From positions 53,382,001 to 53,446,000 of the forward strand of contig OZ024747.1 of NCBI GenBank assembly GCA_964016885.1: a DNA stretch of 64,000 bases, written 5' to 3'. Made by a program: the position numbers and the translations under genes. Positions 54,761 through 64,000 of the stretch are shown here, piece after piece (the first letter of the stretch is position 1; each line of letters starts with the position of its first letter). Below the pieces are notes generated by a model. The model had not been told where the DNA came from. It ran no database searches and was given only the letters and a program-made list of their open reading frames with translations. This DNA is from Eledone cirrhosa (Eukaryota).

Positions 54761-57700
54761 TATATATAGACATATATAAATACACACAAAAATGCACACA
54801 CATATATGTATATATATATATATACACATGCATATATAGACATACATAAATACACACAAAAATGCACACACATGTATATATATATACACACATGCATATA
54901 TAGACATATATAAATACACACAAAAATGCACACACATGTATGTATATATATATATAAACATGCATATATAGACAGATATAAATACACACAAAAATGCACA
55001 CACATGTATGTATATATATATACACATACATATATAGACATATATAAATACACACAAAAATGCACACACACGTATGTATATATATATACATACATGCATA
55101 TATAGACAGATATAAATACACACAAAAATGCACACACATGTATGTATATATATATACAAACATGCATATAGACATATATAAATACACACAAAAATGCACA
55201 CACACGTATGTATATACACACATGCATATATAGACATATATAAATACACACAAAAATGCACACACACATATGTATATATATGTATATATATATACATATG
55301 TAAATATATATACACATGCATATATAGACAGATATAAATACACACAAAAATGCACACACACACACATGTATATATATACACACATGCATATATAGACAGA
55401 TATAAATACATACAAATATGCACACACACGTATGTATATATATATATACACACATGCATATATAGACAGATATAAATACATACAAAAATGCACACACACG
55501 TATGTATATATATATATATACACACATGCATCTATAGACAGATATAAATACACACAAAAATGCACACACACATATGTATATATATACACACATGCATATA
55601 TAGACAGATATAAATACACACAAAAATGCACACACACATCATCATCAACATTTCATTTTACGTCCGCTTTTTCCCTGCTTGCAAGGGTGGGACGGGAACT
55701 GATTCTGGCTTGATTCCTACAGCTGGATGCCCTTCCTAACACCAACCTCATTTACAGTGAGTGCTGGGTGCTTTTTTTGCCGTGGCACCTCCACGACCAC
55801 TTTGCAGTGGAATGATAGGGACTCCAGCCCCTATCATCTCATTTCTACAGCTGAGTAAACTGGAGCAATGTGAAATAAAGTGTCTTGCTCAAGGAAACTA
55901 CACATCACCCGGTCTGAGAATTGAACTCACAACCTTTCGATTCATATATATCTAACTACTAACCACTAAGCCATGTGCCTCCATATATATATACACACAT
56001 ATACTCCATATATATATACACACATGCATATATAGACACATATAAATACACACAAAAATGCACACACACACACAAGTATATATATATACACACATGCATA
56101 TATAGACATATATAAATACACACAAAAATGCACACACACACACATGTATATATATATACACACATACATATATAGACATATATAAATACACACAAAAATG
56201 CACACACACACACAAGTATATATATATATACACACATGCATATATAGACATATATAAATACACACAAAAATACACACACACACACACACATGTATATATA
56301 TATACACACATGCATATATAGACATATATAAATACACACAAAAATGCACACACACACACACAAGTATATATATATACACACATGCATATATAGACATATA
56401 TAAATACACACAAAAATACACACACACACACACATGTATATATATACACACATGCATATATAGACATATATAAATACACACAAAAATACACACACACACA
56501 CACACATGTATATATATACACACACATGCATATATAGACATATATAAATACACACAAAAATGCACACACACACACACAAGTATATATATATACACACATG
56601 CATATATAGACATATATAAATACACACAAAAATGCACACACACACACAAGTATATATATATACACACATGCATATATAGACATATAAATGCACACAAAAA
56701 TACACACACACACACACAAGTATATATATATACACACATGCATATATAGACATATATAAATACACACAAAAATGCACACACACACACAAGTATATATATA
56801 TACACACATGCATATATAGACATATATAAATACACACAAAAATGCACACACACACACATGTATATATATATACACACATGCATATATAGACATATATAAA
56901 TACACACAAAAATGCACACACACAAGTATATATATATACACACACATGCATATATAGACATATATAAATACACACAAAAATGCACACACACACACAAGTA
57001 TATATATATACACACACATGCATATATAGACATATATAAATACACACAAAAATACACACACACACACAAGTATATATATACACACACATGCATATATAGA
57101 CATATATAAATACACACAAAAATGCACACACACACACAAGTATATATATATACACACATGCATATATAGACATATATAAATACACACAAAAATACACACA
57201 CACACACATGTATATATATATACACACATGCATATATAGACATATATAAATACACACAAAAATGCACACACACACACAAGTATATATATATACACACACA
57301 TGCATATATAGACATATATAAATACACACAAAAATACACACACACACACAAGTATATATATACACACACATGCATATATAGACATATATAAATACACACA
57401 AAAATGCACACACACACACAAGTATATATATATACACACATGCATATATAGACATATATAAATACACACAAAAATGCACACACACACACATGTATATATA
57501 TATACACACATGCATATATAGACATATATAAATACACACAAAAATGCACACACACAAGTATATATATATACACACACATGCATATATAGACATATAAATA
57601 CACACAAAAATGCACACACACACACAAGTATATATATATACACACATGCATATATAGACATATATAAATACACACAAAAATGCACACACACACACAAGTA

Positions 57701-59530
57701 TATATATATACACACATGCATATATAGACATATAAATGCACACAAAAATACACACACACACACACACACAAGTATATATATATACACACATGCATATATA
57801 GACATATATAAATACACACAAAAATACACACACACACACACATGTATATATATACACACATGCATATATAGACATATATAAATACACACAAACATGCACA
57901 CACACAAGTATATATATATACACACACATGCATATATAGACATATATAAATACACACAAAAATGCACACACACACACAAGTATATATATATACACACATG
58001 CATATATAGACATATATAAATACACACAAAAATGCACACACACAAGTATATATATATACACACACATGCATATATAGACATATAAATGCACACAAAAATA
58101 CACACACACACACACACACAAGTATATATATATACACACATGCATATATAGACATATATAAATACACACAAAAATACACACACACACACACATGTATATA
58201 TATACACACATGCATATATAGACATATATAAATACACACAAAAATGCACACACACACACAAGTATATATATATATACACACATGCATATATAGACATATA
58301 TAAATACACACAAAAATGCACACACACACACAAGTATATATATATACACACATGCATATATAGACATATATAAATACACACAAAAATGCACACACACACA
58401 CAAGTATATATATATACACACATGCATATATAGACATATAAATGCACACAAAAATACACACACACACACACACACAAGTATATATATATACACACATGCA
58501 TATATAGACATATATAAATACACACAAAAATACACACACACACACACATGTATATATATACACACATGCATATATAGACATATATAAATACACACAAACA
58601 TGCACACACACAAGTATATATATATACACACACATGCATATATAGACATATATAAATACACACAAAAATGCACACACACACACAAGTATATATATATATA
58701 TACACACATGCATATATAGACATATAAATACACACAAAAATACACACACACACACACACACAAGTATATATATATACACACATGCATATATAGACATATA
58801 TAAATACACACAAAAATGCACACACACAAGTATATATATATACACACACATGCATATATAGACATATAAATGCACACAAAAATACACACACACACACACA
58901 CACAAGTATATATATATACACACATGCATATATAGACATATATAAATACACACAAAAATACACACACACACACACATGTATATATATACACACATGCATA
59001 TATAGACATATATAAATACACACAAAAATGCACACACACACACAAGTATATATATATATATACACACATGCATATATAGACATATAAATACACACAAAAA
59101 TACACACACACACACACACACAAGTATATATATATACACACATGCATATATAGACATATATAAATACACACAAAAATACACACACACACACAAGTATATA
59201 TATATACACACATGCATATATAGACATATATAAATACACACAAAAATACACACACACACACAAGTATATATATATACACACATGCATATATAGACATATA
59301 TAAATACACACAAAAATACACACACATGTATATATATATATATATACACATGCATATATAGACATATATAAATACACACAAAAATACACACACACACACA
59401 TGTATATATATATACACACATGCATATATAGACATATATAAATGCACACAAAAATACACACACACACACAAGTATATATATATACACACATGCATATATA
59501 GACATATATAAATACACACATACATATAGA
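54760..59530. repeat. ~66-70-bp microsatellite-derived minisatellite (>60 units), interrupted by a SINE B copy at 55638-55982 (-)
   Basis: Unit (TA)n-CACACATGCATATATAGACATATATAAATACACACAAAAATGC-(AC)n-AAG. It is the source of the ~1200-aa pseudo-ORFs. Confidence 0.95.
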
Positions 59531-59699
59531 CATAGAATATAAAGAAGGGGACACAGGTAGAAATATTAGCTAAATGATTTATTTAATCAGCTGTAGGTGT
59601 ACAAAGACAACTCTGCAGTGATCACTGATAATAACAACAACAATAAAAACAAAGTGATGGAAGTGAATATTGAGATAGTGATGGTACCGTTGTTGTTGT

Positions 59700-60440
59700 T
59701 GTTGGTGGTGGTGGTGATGGTGGTGGTGGTGGTGGTGGAGAGTGTGGATGTGGTGGTGGTGGTGGTGGTGGATATGGTTGTGGTGATGGAGAGTGTGGAT
59801 GTGGTGGTGGTGGTGGTGATGGAGAGTGTGGATGTGGTGGTGGTGGTGATGGAGAGTGTGGATGTGGTGGTGGTGGTGGTGGTGGTGGATATGGTGGTGG
59901 TGGTGATGGAGAGTGTGGATGTGGTGGTGGTGGTGGTGGTGGATATGGTGGTGATGGTGATGGAGAGTGTGGATGTGGTGGTGATGGTGATGGAGAGTGT
60001 GGATGTGGTGGTGGTGGTGATGGTGGATATGGTGGTGGTGGTGGTGGATATGGTGGTGGTGGTGGTGGTGATGGTGGTGGTGGAGAGTGTGGATGTGGTG
60101 GTGGTGGTGGTGATGGAGAGTGTGGATGTGGTGGTGGTGGTGGTGGTGGTGGTGCAGAGTGTGGATGTGGTGGTGGTGGTGGCGGTGGTGGTGGATGTAG
60201 AAGTGTTTGTGGTAGTGGTGCAGAGTGTGGATGTCATAGTAGTGGTGGCAATGGTGGTGGTGGTGGTGGTAGTGGTGGTGGTGGTGGTTAATAGTGCTGA
60301 TGAGTGTGGATGTAATAGTGGTGGTGATGATAAATGAAGTGGTGGTGAGTGTGTATGTGGTAGTGTTGTTGGTAGTGGTGGTGGTGGTGGTGGTGGTGGT
60401 GGTGGTGGTGGTTAGTGTGGATGTGGTAGTAGTGGTGGTG
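59700..60440. repeat. (GGT)n-derived minisatellite with GAGAGTGTGGAT spacer motif
   Basis: Direct inspection. Confidence 0.9.
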
Positions 60441-60647
60441 GAGGTAGCTGTACTGGTAGGGGTCGTCGGTGGAAAGAAGTGATTAAAAAAGAGAAAAAGA
60501 AAGATGGTAACGACAAGATGGAAAGATGAAGAGGTGGTGCAAAAAAGCAACAAGTAAAAGTATAAAAATATATTTTTTAAATCGTATGTTAAGGAAAGAT
60601 AATAAAAAAAAACGAGAAGTGAATATATATATATGGGTGTGCATATA

Positions 60648-60696
<49 letters not shown>

Positions 60697-60736
60697 ATTT
60701 GCATATATGTGTGTGTATATATAGACAGACACATAT

Positions 60737-61138
60737 GGAGGCACATGGCTTAGTGGTTAGAGGATTGGCCTTGCAATCGAAAAGTTGTGAGTTCAATTCT
60801 CAGACCGGGTGATGTGTTGTTTCCTTGAGCAAGACACTTTATTTCACATTGCTCCAGCTTACTCAGCTGTAGAAATGAGATGATAGGACTGGGGTCCCTA
60901 TCATTCCACTGCAAAGTGGTCGTGGAGGTGCCACGGCAAAAAAGCACCCAGCCCACACTGTAAAATGGACGTGTAGGCGCCACGGAAAAAGGCACCCAGC
61001 ACTCACTGTAAATGAGGTTGGTGTTAGGAAGGGCATCCAGCTGTAGAAATCAAGCCAGAATCAGTTCCCGTCCCACCCTTGCAAGCAGGGAAAAGCGGAC
61101 GTAAAATGAAATGATGATGATGATGATGATGATGATGA
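60737..61138 (+). mobile_element. SINE family B copy with a duplicated internal unit
   Basis: Matches 17923-18275 with an extra ~48-bp unit. Confidence 0.88.
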
Positions 61139-61220
61139 TATGTACATACATATATATATACACATATATATATATATATATATATATATGGAAATATATA
61201 TATATATGAGTGTGCATATA

Positions 61221-61261
<41 letters not shown>

Positions 61262-61365
61262 GTGTGCATATATACACATATGTACATACATATATATATA
61301 TATATATATGGGTTTGCATATATGTGTGTGTGTATATATATATATATATACACATATGTACATAC

Positions 61366-61416
<51 letters not shown>

Positions 61417-61662
61417 TAAGTAATGTGGCCGTGTAGGCAACACGGTAAAAACCTCCCAGACCCACACTGTAAATGTGGTTGGTGTTAGGAAGGGCATCCA
61501 ACTGTAGAAAACCTGCCAGACAGTCCTATGCGAGCAAGACAATCACTCTTGCCTCAAGTGGGACTACCCCCGTCCAAACCCATGCAAGCGTGGAACACGG
61601 ACGTTAAACGTTGATGATGATGATGATGATGATATATATATATAGTAATAATATATATATAT

Positions 61663-62389
61663 CTCTTGGTTGTCCATCGTAAATGATGATGACATCATCT
61701 TTATTGTTGTTCCCATCTGCCGTGGGCACGAAGGTGGCTGTGAAGGCCGATCCTTTACTTGCAGGTCCGGGGACAGTGGGGGCAGGGGAAAAGACCAGAG
61801 TCAGACTGGCAACTCCCAGAGGTCACCTCCACCTGTTACCTCCACCTCTCGCCCAAGCCGCAGGGCATTGGGAGTGCACGCTAAAGAAGAAACCTGTGCA
61901 GGAAGGGTTTAAAGTGGGGGGGGGGGGCAGTGCACAGTGACGGTTCCACTCACTCGGCTGCAGAAGCCAGATTCCGGTGGTACGGAGGACCATCACGACC
62001 AGGGACTTCCTTGGCTGCAGTGGATGGCCACGACGTCTGTAGTGCCTTGCCGTGCCCTAGCACTCCACACCGCTTGCTGTCACCGCCTTTGTGACTGTTG
62101 GGATGATGTTGTCCTCCTCCACTCACTCCGCCGGATCCAGTCTTCGCATGCAGGGGCAGGCATCCCCTATCTATCTCACCATGGAGTTTCAGACTCATGG
62201 CTACCCTCAACCTGGTTCGGCCCACCAGCCAAGGCCGTTTACAGGGGTGTGGCCGCTGTCGCATGCTACAGCTTCTTGGGGCCACAGGTGAGAGCTGAGT
62301 GTCAGGTGGGACCCAATGCAGGATGAGCTGTCCTGAAAAGGGTATCGCTAGCCCTCCCTACAGAGGTACATGCCCCTCCCTGACACCCC
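61663..62389 (-). mobile_element. GC-rich RTE 5'-UTR-derived element between (TA)n tracts
   Basis: Sharp GC-rich block with no credible ORF. The minus-strand start GGGGTGTCAGGGAGGGG..CTCTCACCTGTGGC..GCGGCCACACCCC resembles RTE 5' UTRs (recall). Confidence 0.6.
62204..62389 (-). ncRNA. Candidate HDV-like ribozyme
   Basis: Nested double-pseudoknot order: P1 GGGGTG/CACCCC, P2 CTCTCACCTG/CAGGT(T)GAGGG, P3 TGGCC/GGCCA, P4 hairpin, then GCCGAA before the P2 3' strand. Confidence 0.5.
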
Positions 62390-62430
62390 ATATATATATA
62401 TATATCTGTGTGTATGTGTGTGTGTGTGCA

Positions 62431-62463
<33 letters not shown>

Positions 62464-62468
62464 TTATA

Positions 62469-62519
<51 letters not shown>

Positions 62520-62562
62520 GCACACACATACACACAGATATATATATATATCTGTGTGTATG

Positions 62563-62666
<104 letters not shown>

Positions 62667-62691
62667 TGCACACACATGCACACACAGACAC

Positions 62692-62740
<49 letters not shown>

Positions 62741-63064
62741 AACACAGACACACACGCATTCTGCTCTCTTTCTCATCTTCCTTCTATTACCCACCCCCTC
62801 TCCCCACACACTAGTCTCCTCACTCCATCTATATGTGAACACTAGACAACATGCTTCCAGCTGAGAAACCCCTACGTCACTGATCCATTGTTTTAAGACA
62901 TACCAAACAAGACTGCTTCATCAATTATTTGTTCAGGATCTACTTTTATTCCATCTCTTTTTTTACTATTCATAAGTACATGTGCTCCTGCACATATACA
63001 TAAATACGTATGTGTGTGTGTATGTGCGTGTGTGTGTGTATGTGCGTGTGTGTATGTGTGTATG

Positions 63065-63142
<78 letters not shown>

Positions 63143-63149
63143 TATTTGT

Positions 63150-63179
<30 letters not shown>

Positions 63180-63181
<2 letters not shown>

Positions 63182-63556
63182 GGTGGCTGCCAACTCGTTT
63201 TCGAGTACGGCCACTACTTTATATCCATGTAGGAGAACTCCTACCGATGCGCTGAATGAGTGTGACATTTTAGTCCAGCCAGCGACTTGAAAACTCTGAT
63301 ACAAACACTTCACTTGTGACAATTATTGACACATAGTGCTGGGCCCATGGTACCATGTGACGACAAGTGCAGAGAGATCTCCAGATATAAAGCAATGCCT
63401 GTGCCGTGAAGCTTTTATAGTGAGCAAAGGCACTGCACAAAGCCAGTCCCACTCTCTTAACCAAGATGATATTTACCAAAAAGAAGAACAAGTCAACATC
63501 ATTGGATACCATCAGGGTTGCAGGTGTTATATCAGAATTTTCCTTCTCCTAGAATT
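63180..63556. mobile_element. Third copy of the RTE-derived element seen at 36417-37489
   Basis: Near-identical to 36901-37277, with (TA)n on both sides. Confidence 0.85.
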
Positions 63557-63628
63557 ATATATATATACGGACATATATTTGTATATATATACACATATAT
63601 ACATATATATATACAAATGTGTATATAT

Positions 63629-63705
<77 letters not shown>

Positions 63706-64000
63706 TATATATATTTGTATATATACACATACATATATTTGTATATATACACATACATATATCTATATATACATAAATACATACATATACGCAAATATAT
63801 AATGAAAAAAAAATATATATATATATATATAATCATTTTTACAAATACAGACAGAAGCAAGTATACAAACACACTCAAATAGATACATATATGATATATA
63901 TATATAATGAGAGAAAGAGAGATGAGCTCATCTACTTACAAACACATTATTTCATGATGTATTTATATATTTATATATAATATATGAGTATTATTTGGGT

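Noticed and set aside
55952-59554. ~1200-aa ORFs in three minus frames, and all YI/HT/CV/poly-M/poly-V ORFs elsewhere
   Set aside because: These are stop-free translations of micro/minisatellites, open in several frames at once, with no protein-like complexity.

Overview
AT-rich, microsatellite-dense animal genomic DNA with no confidently identifiable host gene. The repeat content resembles an Octopus-type cephalopod genome (inference). Nearly all long ORFs in the track are translations of (TA)n/(CA)n/triplet repeats. Recognisable elements: a decayed 5'-truncated RTE-clade LINE plus fragments, two tRNA-derived SINE families (one shares the RTE 3' tail), an internally deleted mariner, a TTAA/piggyBac-type MITE, a CR1-group 3' end, a Penelope-like (GIY-YIG C-terminal) remnant and several minisatellites. 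The main unannotated signal is about 12 minimal type-I hammerhead ribozyme motifs with palindromic stem III, including a duplicated U3-A8 core variant. They sit in short ORF-less elements next to (TA)n tracts, often as long fold-back palindromes or with an inverted-segment + direct-repeat architecture. This looks like a retrozyme / non-autonomous Penelope-type system. An HDV-like ribozyme fold is also seen at the 5' end of an RTE-derived element. All folds were done by eye and none has been tested.
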